A program made the position numbers and the translations under genes. This document shows positions 27,701 through 43,400 of a stretch of 64,000 bases of DNA, one piece after another. This DNA comes from Antedon mediterranea (Eukaryota; Animalia; Echinodermata), in the NCBI RefSeq assembly GCF_964355755.1, contig NC_092675.1:12705812-12769811 (forward strand). The letters are read 5' to 3'. Numbering within the stretch: position 1 is the first letter of the stretch; each line of letters begins with the position of its first letter. The notes under the pieces are model-generated. The model searched no databases. It saw only the letters and a list, made by a program, of their open reading frames with translations, and was not told where the DNA came from.

Positions 27701-30700
27701 TCGACAAAACTTTTTCACACAAAATACCAAAGTGCTTAGAATAGCTTCAAATCGCATTTGGAGACGTTTTAGACCATTTTGTGATTTTCGAAAAAACTTT
27801 TTAACATAAAAACACCAAAGTGCTTAGAATAGCTTCAAATCACATTTGGAGACATTTTAGACCATTTTGTGATTTTCGAAAAAACTTGTTAACATAAAAA
27901 CACGAAAGTGCTTAGAATAGCTTCAAATCGCATTTGGAAACGTTTTAGACCATTTTGTGATTTTCGAAAAAACTTGTTAACATAAAAACACGAAAGTGCT
28001 TAGAATAGCTTCAAATCGCATTTGGAAACGTTTTAGACCATTTTGTGATTTTCGAAAAAAATTGTTAACATAAAAACACTAAAGTGTTTAGAATAGCTTC
28101 AAATCGCATTTGGAGACGTTTTAGACCAATTTGTGATTTTCGAAAAAACTTATCAACATAAAAACACCAAAGGGTTTAGAATAGCTTCAAATCGCATTTG
28201 GAGACGTTTTAGACCATTTTGTGATTTTGAAAAAACTTGTTAACATAAAAACACCAAAGTGCTTAGAATAGCTTCAAATCGCATTTGGAGACGTTTTAGA
28301 CCATTTTGTGATTTTCGAAAAAACTTGTTAACATAAAAACACCAAAGTGCTTAGAATAGCTTCAAATCGTATTTGGAGACGTTTTAGACCATTTTGAGAT
28401 TTTCGAAAAAACTTGGTTACACAAAAACATCAAAGTGCTTAAAATCATATTATAAACCGTTTTAGACCATTTTGAGCATTTCGGTAACACTTTTTACACA
28501 AAAACATCAAAGAGCACAAAATAGCTTAATATCGTATTTAAAAACGTTTTAGACCATTTTGAGCATTTAGACAAAACTTTTTCACACAAAACACCAAAGT
28601 GCTTAGAATAGCTTCAAATCGCATTTGGAGACGTTTTAGACCATTTTGTGCATTTCGATGAAACTTGGTTACACAAAAACATCAAAGTGCTTAAAATCAC
28701 ATTATAAATCGTTTTAGACCATTTTGAGCATTTCGACAAAACTTTTTCACACAAAATACCAAAGTGCTTAGAATAGCTTCAAATCGCATTTGGAGACGTT
28801 TTAGACCATTTTGTGATTTTCGAAAAAACTTTTTAACATAAAAACACCAAAGTGCTTAGAATAGCTTCAAATCACATTTGGAGACGTTTTAGACCATAAG
28901 TGCTTAGAATCACATTATAAACCGTTTTAGACCATTTTGAGCATTTCGATAACAATTTTCACACAAAAACATCAAAGAGCACAAAATAGCTTAATATCGT
29001 ATTTAAAAATGTTTTAGACCATTTTGAGCATTTAGATAAAACTTTTTCACACAAAACACCAAAGTGCTTAGAATAGCTTCAAATCGCATTTGGAGACGTT
29101 TTAGACCATTTTGTGATTTTTGAAGAAACTTGTTAACATAAAAACACCAAAGTGCTTAGAATAGCTTCAAATCACATTTGGAGACGTTTTAGACCATTTT
29201 GTGATTTTCGAAAAAACTTGTTAACATAAAAACACGAAAGTGCTTAGAATAGCTTCAAATCGCATTTGGAAACGTTTTAGACCATTTAGTGATTTTCGAA
29301 AAAACTTGTTAACATAAAAACACGAAAGTGCTTAGAATAGCTTCAAATCGCATTTGGAAACGTTTTAGACCATTTTGTGATTTTCGAAAAAAATTGTTAA
29401 CATAAAAACACCAAAGTGTTTAGAATAGCTTCAAATCGCATTTGGAGACGTTTTAGACCAATTTGTGATTTTCGAAAAAACTTATCAACATAAAAACACC
29501 AAAGGGTTTAGAATAGCTTCAAATCGCATTTGGAGACGTTTTAGACCATTTTGTGATTTTCGAAAAAACTTGTTAACATAAAAACATGAAAGTGCTTAGA
29601 ATAGCTTCAAATCGTATTTGGAGACGTTTTAGACCATTTTGTGATTTCGAAAAAACTTGTTAACATAAAAACACCAATGTGCTTAGAATAGCTTCAAATC
29701 GCATTTTGAGACGTTTTAGACCATTTTGTGCATTTCGATGAAACTTGGTTACACAAAAACATCAAAGTGCTTAAAATCACATTATAAACCATTTTAGACC
29801 ATTTTGAGCATTTCGATAACACTTTTCACACAAAAACATCAAAGAGCACAAAATAGCTTAATATCGTATTTAAAAACGTTTTAGACCATTTTGAGCATTT
29901 CGACAAAACTTTTTCACACAAAACACCAAAGTGCTTAGAATAGCTTCAAATCGCATTTGGAGACGTTTTAGACCATTTTGTGATTTTCGAAAAAACTTGT
30001 TAACATAAAAACATCAAAGTGTACAGAATAACTTCAAATCGCATTTGGAGACCGTTTTAGGCCAATTTGTGATTTTCGAAAAAACTTGTTAACCTAAAAA
30101 TACCAAAGTGTTTAGAATAGCTTCAAATCGCATTTGGAGACGTTTTAGAACATTTTGTGATTTTCGAAAAAACTTGTTAACATAAAAACACCAAAGTGCT
30201 TCAAATCGCATTTGGAGACATTTTAGACCAATTTGTGATTTTTGAAAAAACTTGTTAACATAAAAACACCAAAGTGCTTACAATAGCTTCAAATCGTATT
30301 TGGAGACGTTTTAGACCATTTTGTGATTTTCGAAAAAACTTGTTAACATAAAAACACCAAAGTACTTAGAATAGCTTCAAATCGCATTTGGAGACGTTTT
30401 AGACCATTTTATGCATTTCGATGAAACTTGGTTACACAAAAACATCAAAGTGCTTAAAATCACATTATAATCCGTTTTAGACCATTTTGAGCATTTCGAT
30501 AACACTTTTCACACAAAAACATCAAAGAGCACAAAATAGCTTAATATCGTATTTAAAAACTTTTTAGACCATTTTGAGCATTTCGACAAAACTTTTTCAC
30601 ACAAAACACCAAAGTGCTTAGAATAGCTTCAAATCGCATTTGGAGACGTTTTAGACCATTTTGTGATTTTCGAAAAAAATTGTTAACATAAAAACACCAA

Positions 30701-31440
30701 AGTGCTTAGAATAGCTTCAAATCGTATTTGGAGACGTTTTAGACCATTTTGAGATTTTCGAAAAAACTTGGTTACACAAAAACATCAAAGTGCTTAAAAT
30801 CACATTATAAACCGTTTTAGACCATTTTGAACATTTCGATAACACTTTTCACACAAAAACATCAAAGAGCACAAAATAGCTTAATATCGTATTTAAAAAC
30901 GTTTTAGACCATTTTGAGCATTTCGACAAAACTTTTTCACACAAAACACCAAAGTGCTTAGAATAGCTTCAAATCGCATTTGGAGACGTTTTAGACCAAT
31001 TTGTGCATTTCGATGAAACTTGATTACACAAAAACATCAACGTGCTTAAAATCACATTATAAACCGTTTTAGACCATTTTGAGCATTTCGATAACACTTT
31101 TCACACAAAAACATCAAAGAGCACAAAATAGCTTAATATCGTATTTAAAAACGTTTTAGACCATTTTGAGCATTTAGACAAAACTTTTTCACACAAAACA
31201 CCAAAGTGCTTAGAATAGCTTCAAATCGCATTTGGAGACGTTTTAGACCATTTTGTGCATTTCGATGAAACTTGGTTACACAAAAACATCAAAGTGCTTA
31301 AAATCACATTATAAATCGTTTTAGACCATTTTGAGCATTTCGACAAAACTTTTTCACACCAAATACCAAAGGACTTAGAATAGCTTCAAATCGCATTTGG
31401 AGACGTTTTAGACCATTTTGTGATTTTCGAAAAAACTTTT

Positions 31441-34400
31441 TAACATAAAAACACCAAAGTGCTTAGAATAGCTTCAAATCACATTTGGAGACGTTTTAGA
31501 CCATTTTGTGATTTTCGAAAAAACTTGTTAACATAAAAACACGAAAGTGCTTAGAATAGCTTCAAATCGCATTTGGAAACGTTTTAGACCATTTAGTGAT
31601 TTTCGAAAAAACTTGTTAACATAAAAACACGAAAGTGCTTAGAATAGCTTCAAATCGCATTTGGAAACGTTTTAGACCATTTTGTGATTTTCGAAAAAAA
31701 TTGTTAACATAAAAACACCAAAGTGTTTAGAATAGCTTCAAATCGCATTTGGAGACGTTTTAGACCAATTTGTGATTTTCGAAAAAACTTATCAACATAA
31801 AAACACCAAAGGGTTTAGAATAGCTTCAAATCGCATTTGGAGACGTTTTAGACCATTTTGTGATTTTCGAAAAAACTTGTTAACATAAAAACACGAAAGT
31901 GCTTAGAATAGCTTCAAATCGCATTTGGAAACGTTTTAGACCATTTTGTGATTTTCGAAAAAACTTGTTAACATAAAAACATGAAAGTGCTTAGAATAGC
32001 TTCAAATCGTATTTGGAGACGTTTTAGACCATTTTGTGATTTTCGAAAAAACTTGTTAACATAAAAACACCAATGTGCTTAGAATAGCTTCAAATCGCAT
32101 TTTGAGACGTTTTAGACCATTTTGTGCATTTCGATGAAACTTGGTTACACAAAAACATCAAAGTGCTTAAAATCACATTATAAACCATTTTAGACCATTT
32201 TGAGCATTTCTATAACACTTTTCACACAAAAACATCAAAGAGCACAAAATAGCTTAATATCGTATTTAAAAACGTTTTAGACCATTTTGAGCATTTCGAC
32301 AAAACTTTTTCACAAAAAACACCAAAGTGCTTAGAATAGCTTCAAATCGCATTTGGAGACGTTTTAGACCATTTTGTGATTTTCGAAAAAACTTGTTAAC
32401 ATAAAAACATCAAAGTGTACAGAATAACTTCAAATCGCATTTGGAGACCGTTTTAGGCCAATTTGTGATTTTCGAAAAAACTTGTTAACCTAAAAATACC
32501 AAAGTGTTTAGAATAGCTTCAAATCGCATTTGGAGACGTTTTAGAACATTTTGTGATTTTCGAAAAAACTTGTTAACATAAAAACACCAAAGTGCTTCAA
32601 ATCGCATTTGGAGACATTTTAGACCAATTTGTGATTTTTGAAAAAACTTGTTAACATAAAAACACCAAAGTGCTTACAATAGCTTCAAATCGTATTTGGA
32701 GACGTTTTAGACCATTTTGTGATTTTCGAAAAAACTTGTTAACATAAAAACACCAAAGTACTTAGAATAGCTTCAAATCGCATTTGGAGACGTTTTAGAC
32801 CATTTTATGCATTTCGATGAAACTTGGTTACACAAAAACATCAAAGTGCTTAAAATCACATTATAATCCGTTTTAGACCATTTTGAGCATTTCGATAACA
32901 CTTTTCACACAAAAACATCAAAGAGCACAAAATAGCTTAATATCGTATTTAAAAACTTTTTAGACCATTTTGAGCATTTCGACAAAACTTTTTCACACAA
33001 AACACCAAAGTGCTTAGAATAGCTTCAAATCGCATTTGGAGACGTTTTAGACCATTTTGTGATTTTCGAAAAAAATTGTTAACATAAAAACATCAAAGTG
33101 TACAGAATAGCTTCAAATCGCATTTGGAGACCGTTTTAGGCCAATTTGTGATTTTCGAAAAAACTTGTTAACCTAAAAATACCAAAGTGTTTAGAATAGC
33201 TTCAAATCGCATTTGGAGACGTTTTAGACCATTTTGTGATTTTCGAAAAAACTTGTTAACATAAAAACACCAAAGTGCTTCAAATCGCATTTGAGACATT
33301 TTAGACCAATTTGTGATTTTTGAAAAAACTTGTTAACATAAAAACACCAAAGTGCTTACAATAGCTTCAAATCGTATTTGGCGACGTTTTAGACCATTTT
33401 GTGATTTTCGAAAAAACTTGTTAACATAAAAACACCAAAGTACTTAGAATAGCTTCAAATCGCATTTGGAGACGTTTTAGACCATTTTATGCATTTCGAT
33501 GAAACTTGGTTACACAAAAACATCAAAGTGCTTAAAATCACATTATAATCCGTTTTAGACCATTTTGAGCATTTCGATAACACTTTTCACACAAAAACAT
33601 CAAAGAGCACAAAATAGCTTAATATCGTATTTAAAAACGTTTTAGACCATTTTGAGCATTTAGACAAAACTTTTTCACACAAAACACCAAAGTGCTTAGA
33701 ATAGCTTCAAATCGCATTTGGAGACGTTTTAGAACATTTTGTGTTTTTCGAAAAAAACTGTTAACATAAAAACACCAAAGTGCTTAGAATAGCTTCAAAT
33801 CGCATTTGGAGACGTTTTAGAACATTTTGTGTTCTTCGAAAAAACCTGTTAACATAAAAACACCAAAGTGCTTAGAATAGCTTCAAATCGCATTTGGAGA
33901 CGTTTTAGACCATTTTGTGATTTTTGAAAAAACTTGTTAACATAAAAACACCAAAGTTCTTAGAATAGCTTCAAATCACATTTGGAGACGTTTTAGACCA
34001 TTTTGTGATTTTCGAAAAAACTTGTTAACATAAAAACACGAAAGTGGTTAGAATAGCTTCAAATCGCATTTGGAAACGTTTTAGACCATTTTGTGATTTT
34101 CGAAAAAGATTGTTAACATAAAAACACCAAAGTGCTTAGAATCACAATATAAACCGTTTTAGACCATTTTGAGCATTTCGATAACAATTTTCACACAAAA
34201 ACATCAAAGAGCACAAAATAGCTTAATATCGTATTTAAAAATGTTTTAGACAATTTTGAGCATTTAGATAAAACTTTTTCACACAAAACACCAAAGTGCT
34301 TAGAATAGCTTCAAATCGCATTTGGAGACGGTTTAGACCATTTTGTGATTTTGAAAAAACTTGTTAACATAAAAACACCAAAGTGCTTAGAATAGCTTCA

Positions 34401-37400
34401 AATCTTATTTGGAGACGTTTTAGACCATTTTGAGATTTTCGAAAAAACTTGGTTACACAAAAACATCAAAGTGCTTAAAATCACATTATAAACCGTTTTA
34501 GACCATTTTGAACATTTCGATAACACTTTTCACACAAAAACATCAAAGAGCACAAAATAGCTTAATATCGTATTTAAAAACGTTTTAGACCATTTTGAGC
34601 ATTTCGACAAAACTTTTTCACACAAAACACCAAAGTGCTTAGAATAGCTTCAAATCGCATTTGGAGACGTTTTAGACCAATTTGTGCATTTCGATGAAAC
34701 TTGATTACACAAAAACATCAACGTGCTTAAAATCACATTATAAACCGTTTTAGACCATTTTGAGCATTTCGATAACACTTTTCACACAAAAACATCAAAG
34801 AGCACAAAATAGCTTAATATCGTATTTAAAAACGTTTTAGACCATTTTGAGCATTTAGACAAAACTTTTTCACACAAAACACCAAAGTGCTTAGAATAGC
34901 TTCAAATCGCATTTGGAGACGTTTTAGACCATTTTGTGCATTTCGATGAAACTTGGTTACACAAAAACATCAAAGTGCTTAAAATGACATTATAAATCGT
35001 TTTAGACCATTTTGAGCATTTCGACAAAACTTTTTCACACAAAATACCAAAGGGCTTAGAATAGCTTCAAATCGCATTTGGAGACGTTTTAGACCATTTT
35101 GTGATTTTCGAAAAAACTTTTTAACATAAAAACACCAAAGTGCTTAGAATAGCTTCAAATCACATTTGGAGACGTTTTAGACCATTTTGTGATTTTCGAA
35201 AAAACTTGTTAACATAAAAACACGAAAGTGCTTAGAATAGCTTCAAATCGCATTTGGAAACGTTTTAGACCATTTTGTGATTTTCGAAAAAAATTGTTAA
35301 CATAAAAACACCAAAGTGCTTAGAATCACATTATAAACCGTTTTAGACCATTTTGAGCATTTCGATAACAATTTTCACACAAAAACATCAAAGAGCACAA
35401 AATAGCTTAATATCGTATTTAAAAATGTTTTAGACCATTTTGAGCATTTAGATAAAATTTTTCACACAAAACACCAAAGTGCTTAGAATAGCTTCAAATC
35501 GCATTTGGAGACGGTTTAGACCATTTTGTGATTTTGAAAAAACTTGTTAACATAAAAACACCAAAGTGCTTAGAATAGCTTCAAATCGCATTTGGAGACG
35601 TTTTAGACCATTTTGTGATTTTCGAAAAAACTTGTTAACATAAAAACACCAAAGTGCTTAGAATAGCTTCAAATCGTATTTGGAGACGTTTTAGACCATT
35701 TTGAGATTTTCGAAAAAACTTGGTTAAACAAAAACATCAAAGTGCTTAAAATCACATTATAAACCGTTTTAGACCATTTTGAGCATTTCGATAACACTTT
35801 TCACACAAAAACATCAAAGAGCACAAAATAGCTTAATATCGTATTTAAAAACGTTTTAGACCATTTTGAGCATTTAGACAAAACTTTTTCACACAAAACA
35901 CCAAAGTGCTTAGAATAGCTTCAAATCGCATTTGGAGACGTTTTAGACCATTTTGTGATTTTTGAAAAAACTTGTTAACATAAAAACACCAAAGTGCTTA
36001 GAATAGCTTCAAATCACATTTGGAGACGTTTTAGACCATTTTGTGATTTTCGAAAAAACTTGTTAACATAAAAACACGAAAGTGCTTAGAATAGCTTCAA
36101 ATCGCATTTGGAAACGTTTTAGACCATTTTGTGATTTTCGAAAAAACTTGTTAACATAAAAACACGAAAGTGCTTAGAATCACATTATAAACCGTTTTAG
36201 ACCATTTTGAGCATTTCGATAACAATTTTCACACAAAAACATCAAAGAGCACAAAATAGCTTAATATCGTATTTAAAAATGTTTTAGACCATTTTGAGCA
36301 TTTAGATAAAACTTTTTCACACAAAACACCAAAGTGCTTAGAATAGCTTCAAATCGCATTTGGAGACGTTTTAGACCATTTTGTGATTTTCGAAAAAACT
36401 TGTTAACATAAAAACACGAAAGTGCTTAGAATAGCTTCAAATCGCATTTGGAAACGTTTTAGACCATTTTGTGATTTTCGAAAAAAATTGTTAACATAAA
36501 AACACCAAAGTGTTTAGAATAGCTTCAAATCGCATTTGGAGACGTTTTAGACCAATTTGTGATTTTCGAAAAAACTTATCAACATAAAAACACCAAAGGG
36601 TTTAGAATAGCTTCAAATCGCATTTGGAGACGTTTTAGACCATTTTGTGATTTTGAAAAAACTTGTTAACATAAAAACACCAAAGTGCTTAGAATAGCTT
36701 CAAATCGCATTTGGAGACGTTTTAGACCATTTTGTGATTTTCGAAAAAACTTGTTAACATAAAAACACCAAAGTGCTTAGAATAGCTTCAAATCGTATTT
36801 GGAGACGTTTTAGACCATTTTGAGATTTTCGAAAAAACTTGGTTACACAAAAACATCAAAGTGCTTAAAATCACATTATAAACCGTTTTAGACCATTTTG
36901 AGCATTTCGGTAACACTTTTCACACAAAAACATCAAAGAGCACAAAATAGCTTAATATCGTATTTAAAAACGTTTTAGACCATTTTGAGCATTTAGACAA
37001 AACTTTTTCACACAAAACACCAAAGTGCTTAGAATAGCTTCAAATCGCATTTGGAGACGTTTTAGACCATTTTGTGCATTTCGATGAAACTTGGTTACAC
37101 AAAAACATCAAAGTGCTTAAAATCACATTATAAATCGTTTTAGACCATTTTGAGCATTTCGACAAAACTTTTTCACACAAAATACCAAAGTGCTTAGAAT
37201 AGCTTCAAATCGCATTTGGAGACGTTTTAGACCATTTTGTGATTTTTGAAAAAACTTGTTAACATAAAAACACAAAAGTGCTTAGAATAGCTTCAAATCA
37301 CATTTGGAGACGTTTTAGACCATTTTGTGATTTTCGAAAAAACTTGTTAACATAAAAACACGAAAGTGCTTAGAATAGCTTCAAATCGCATTTGGAAACG

Positions 37401-40400
37401 TTTTAGACCATTTTGTGATTTTCGAAAAAACTTGTTAACATAAAAACATGAAAGTGCTTAGAATAGCTTCAAATCGTATTTGGAGACGTTTTAGACCATT
37501 TTGTGATTTTCGAAAAAACTTGTTAACATAAAAACACCAATGTGCTTAGAAAAGCTTCAAATCGCATTTTGAGACGTTTTAGACCATTTTGTGCATTTCG
37601 ATGAAACTTGGTTACACAAAAACATCAAAGTGCTTAAAATCACATTATAAACCATTTTAGACCATTTTGAGCATTTCGATAACACTTTTCACACAAAAAC
37701 ATCAAAGAGCACAAAATAGCTTAATATCGTATTTAAAAACGTTTTAGACCATTTTGAGCATTTCGACAAAACTTTTTCACACAAAACACCAAAGTGCTTA
37801 GAATAGCTTCAAATCGCATTTGGAGACGTTTTAGACCATTTTGTGATTTTCGAAAAAACTTGTTAACATAAAAACATCAAAGTGTACAGAATAACTTCAA
37901 ATCGCATTTGGAGACCGTTTTAGGCCAATTTGTGATTTTCGAAAAAACTTGTTAACCTAAAAACACCAAAGTGTTTAAAATAGCTTCAAATCGCATTTGG
38001 AGACGTTTTAGACCATTTTGTGATTTTCGAAAAAACTTGTTAACATAAAAACACCAAAGTGCTTCAAATCGCATTTGGAGACATTTTAGACCAATTTGTG
38101 ATTTTTGAAAAAACTTGTTAACATAAAAACACCAAAGTGCATACAATAGCTTCAAATCGTATTTGGAGACGTTTTAGACCATTTTGTGATTTTCGAAAAA
38201 ACGTGTTAACATAAAAACACCAAAGTACTTAGAATAGCTTCAAATCGCATTTGGAGACGTTTTAGACCATTTTATGCATTTCGATGAAACTTGGTTACAC
38301 AAAAACATCAATGTGCTTAAAATCACATTATAATCCGTTTTAGACCATTTTGAGCATTTCGATAACACTTTTCACACAAAAACATCAAAGAGCACAAAAT
38401 AGCTTAATATCGTATTTAAAAACGTTTTAGACCATTTTGAGCATTTAGACAAAACTTTTTCACACAAAACACCAAAGTGTTTAGAATAGCTTCAAATCGC
38501 ATTTGGAGACGTTTTAGACCATTTTGTGATTTTCGAAAAAACTTGTTAACATAAAAACACCAAAGTGCTTCAAATCGCATTTGAGACATTTTAGACCAAT
38601 TTGTGATTTTTGAAAAAACTTGTTAACATAAAAACACCAAAGTGCTTACAATAGCTTCAAATCGTATTTGGAGACGTTTTAGACCATTTTGTGATTTTCG
38701 AAAAAACTTGTTAACATAAAAACACCAAAGTACTTAGAATAGCTTCAAATCGCATTTGGAGACGTTTTAGACCATTTTATGCATTTCGATGAAACTTGGT
38801 TACACAAAAACATCAAAGTGCTTAAAATCACATTATAATCCGTTTTAGACCATTTTGAGCATTTCGATAACACTTTTCACACAAAAACATCAAAGAGCAC
38901 AAAATAGCTTAATATCGTATTTAAAAACTTTTTAGACCATTTTGAGCATTTCGACAAAACTTTTTCACACAAAACACCAAAGTGCTTAGAATAGCTTCAA
39001 ATCGCATTTGGAGACGTTTTAGACCATTTTGTGATTTTCGAAAAAAATTGTTAACATAAAAACATCAAAGTGTACAGAATAGCTTCAAATCGCATTTGGA
39101 GACCGTTTTAGGCCAATTTGTGATTTTCGAAAAAACTTGTTAACCTAAAAATACCAAAGTGTTTAGAATAGCTTCAAATCGCATTTGGAGACGTTTTAGA
39201 CCATTTTGTGATTTTCGAAAAAACTTGTTAACATAAAAACACCAAAGTGCTTAGAAAAGCTTCAAATCACATTTGGAGACGTTTTAGACCATAAGTGCTT
39301 AGAATCACATTATAAACCGTTTTAGACCATTTTGAGCATTTCGATAACAATTTTCACACAAAAACATCAAAGAGCACAAAATAGCCTAATATCGTATTTA
39401 AAAATGTTTTAGACCATTTTGAGCATTTAGATAAAACTTTTTCACACAAAACAACAAAGTGCTTAGAATAGCTTCAAATCGCATTTGGAGACGTTTTAGA
39501 CCATTTTGTGATTTTTGAAAAAACTTGTTAACATAAAAACACCAAAGTGCTTAGAATAGCTTCAAATCACATTTGGAGACGTTTTAGACCATTTTGTGAT
39601 TTTCGAAAAAACTTGTTAACATAAAAACACGAAAGTGCTTAGAATAGCTTCAAATCGCATTTGGAAACGTTTTAGACCATTTAGTGATTTTCGAAAAAAC
39701 TTGTTAACATAAAAACACGAAAGTGCTTAGAATAGCTTCAAATCGCATTTGGAAACGTTTTAGACCATTTTGTGATTTTCGAAAAAAATTGTTAACATAA
39801 AAACACCAAAGTGTTTAGAATAGCTTCAAATCGCATTTGGAGACGTTTTAGACCAATTTGTGATTTTCGAAAAAACTTATCAACATAAAAACACCAAAGG
39901 GTTTAGAATAGCTTCAAATCGCATTTGGAGACGTTTTAGACCATTTTGTGATTTTCGAAAAAACTTGTTAACATAAAAACACGAAAGTGCTTAGAATAGC
40001 TTCAAATCGCATTTGGAAACGTTTTAGACCATTTTGTGATTTTCGAAAAAACTTGTTAACATAAAAACATGAAAGTGCTTAGAATAGCTTCAAATCGTAT
40101 TTGGAGACGTTTTAGACCATTTTGTGATTTTCGAAAAAACTTGTTAACATAAAAACACCAATGTGCTTAGAATAGCTTCAAATCGCATTTTGAGACGTTT
40201 TAGACCATTTTGTGCATTTCGATGAAACTTGGTTACACAAAAACATCAAAGTGCTTAAAATCACATTATAAACCATTTTAGACCATTTTGAGCATTTCGA
40301 TAACACTTTTCACACAAAAACATCAAAGAGCACAAAATAGCTTAATATCGTATTTAAAAACGTTTTAGACCATTTTGAGCATTTCGACAAAACTTTTTCA

Positions 40401-43400
40401 CACAAAACACCAAAGTGCTTAGAATAGCTTCAAATCGCATTTGGAGACGTTTTAGACCATTTTGTGATTTTCGAAAAAACTTGTTAACATAAAAACATCA
40501 AAGTGTACAGAATAACTTCAAATCGCATTTGGAGACCGTTTTAGGCCAATTTGTGATTTTCGAAAAAACTTGTTAACCTAAAAATATCAAAGTGTTTAGA
40601 ATAGCTTCAAATCGCATTTGGAGACGTTTTAGACCATTTTGTGATTTTCGAAAAAACTTGTTAACATAAAAACACCAAAGTGCTTCAAATCGCATTTGGA
40701 GACATTTTAGACCAATTTGTGATTTTTGAAAAAACTTGTTAACATAAAAACACCAAAGTGCTTACAATAGCTTCAAATCGTATTTGGAGACGTTTTAGAC
40801 CATTTTGTGATTTTCGAAAAAACTTGTTAACATAAAAACACCAAAGTACTTAGAATAGCTTCAAATCGCATTTGGAGACGTTTTAGACCATTTTATGCAT
40901 TTCGATGAAACTTGGTTACACAAAAACATCAATGTGCTTAAAATCACATTATAATCCGTTTTAGACCATTTTGAGCATTTCGATAACACTTTTCACACAA
41001 AAACATCAAAGAGCACAAAATAGCTTAATATCGTATTTAAAAACTTTTTAAACCATTTTGAGCATTTCGACAAAACTTTTTCACACAAAACACCAAAGTG
41101 CTTAGAATAGCTTCAAATCGCATTTGGAGACGTTTTAGACCAATTTGTGATTTTTGAAAAAACTTGTTAACATAAAATCACCAAAGTGCTTAGAATAGCT
41201 TCAAATCGCATTTGGAGACGTTTTAGACCATTTTGTGATTTTCGAAAAAAATTGTTAACATAAAAACATCAAAGTGTACAGAATAGCTTCAAATCGCATT
41301 TGGAGACCGTTTTAGGCCAATTTGTGATTTTCGAAAAAACTTGTTAACCTAAAAATACCAAAGTGTTTAGAATAGCTTCAAATCGCATTTGGAGACGTTT
41401 TAGACCATTTTGTGATTTTCGAAAAAACTTGTTAACATAAAAACACCAAAGTGCTTAGAATAGCTTCAAATCGCATTTGGAGACATTTTAAACCAATTTG
41501 TGATTTTCTAAAAAACTTATCAACATAAAAACACCAAAGGGTTTAGAATATCTTCAAATCGCATTTGGAGACGTTTTAGACCATTTTGTGATTTTCGAAA
41601 AAACTTGTTAACATAAAAACACCAAAGTGCTTAGAATAGCTTCAAATCGCATTTGGAGACGTTTTAGACCAATTTGTGATTTTCGAAAAAACTTATCAAC
41701 ATAAAAACACCAAAGGGTTTAGAATAGCTTCATTTGGAGACGTTTTAGACCATTTTGTGATTTTGAAAAAACTTGTTAACATAAAAACACCAAAGTGCTT
41801 AGAATAGCTTCAAATCGCATTTGGAGACGTTTTAGACCATTTTGTGATTTTCGAAAAAACTTGTTAACATAAAAACACCAAAGTGCTTAGAATAGCTTCA
41901 AATCGTATTTGGAGACGTTTTAGACCATTTTGAGATTTTCGAAAAAACTTGGTTACACAAAAACATCAAAGTGCTTAAAATCACATTATAAACCGTTTTA
42001 GACCATTTTGAGCATTTCGATAACACTTTTCACACAAAAACATCAAAGAGCACAAAATAGCTTAATATCGTATTTAAAAACGTTTTAGACCATTTTGAGA
42101 ATTTAGACAAAACTTTTTCACACAAAACACCAAAGTGCTTAGAATAGCTTCAAATCGCATTTGGATACGTTTTAGAACATTTTGGGTTTTTCGAAAAAAA
42201 CTGTTAACATAAAAACACCAAAGTGCTTAGAATAGCTTCAAATCGCATTTGGAGACGTTTTAGAACATTTTGTGTTCTTCGAAAAAACCTGTTAACATAA
42301 AAACACCAAAGGGCTTAGAATAGCTTCAAATCGCATTTGGAGACGTTTTAGACCATTTTGTGATTTTTGAAAAAACTTGTTAACATGAAAACACCAAAGT
42401 GCTTAGAATAGCTTCAAATCGCATTTGGAGACGTTTTAGACCATTTTGTGATTTTTGAAAAAACTTGTTAACATAAAAACACCAAAGTGCTTAGAATAGC
42501 TTCAAATCACATTTGGAGACGTTTTAGACCATTTTGTGATTTTCGAAAAAACTTGTTAACATAAAAACACGAAAGTGCTTAGAATAGCTTCAAATCGCAT
42601 TTGGAAACGTTTTAGACCATTTTGTGATTTTCGAAAAAAATTGTTAACATAAAAACACGAAAGTGCTTAGAATAGCTTCAAATCGCATTTGGAAACGTTT
42701 TAGACCATTTTGTGATTTTCGAAAAAAATTGTTAACATAAAAACACCAAAGTGTTTAGAATAGCTTCAAATCGCATTTGGAGACGTTTTAGACCAATTTG
42801 TGATTTTCGAAAAAACTTATCAACATAAAAACACCAAAGGGTTTAGAATAGCTTCAAATCGCATTTGGAGACGTTTTAGACCATTTTGTGATTTTCGAAA
42901 AAACTTGTTAACATAAAAACACGAAAGTGCTTAGAATAGCTTCAAATCGCATTTGGAAACGTTTTAGACCATTTTGTGATTTTCGAAAAAACTTGTTAAC
43001 ATAAAAACATGAAAGTGCTTAGAATAGCTTCAAATCGTATTTGGAGACGTTTTAGACCATTTTGTGATTTTCGAAAAAACTTGTTAACATAAAAACACCA
43101 ATGTGCTTAGAATAGCTTCAAATCGCATTTTGAGACGTTTTAGACCATTTTGTGCATTTCGATGAAACTTGGTTACACAAAAACATCAAAGTGCTTAAAA
43201 TCACATTATAAACCATTTTAGACCATTTTGAGCATTTCTATAACACTTTTCACACAAAAACATCAAAGAGCACAAAATAGCTTAATATCGTATTTAAAAA
43301 CGTTTTAGACCATTTTGAGCATTTCGACAAAACTTTTTCACAAAAAACACCAAAGTGCTTAGAATAGCTTCAAATCGCATTTGGAGACGTTTTAGACCAT

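Noticed and set aside
37952-38155. 67-aa minus-strand ORF
   Set aside because: The peptide is internally repetitive because it reads through monomers, including a 78-bp (26-codon) unit. Stops are lost through private SNPs.
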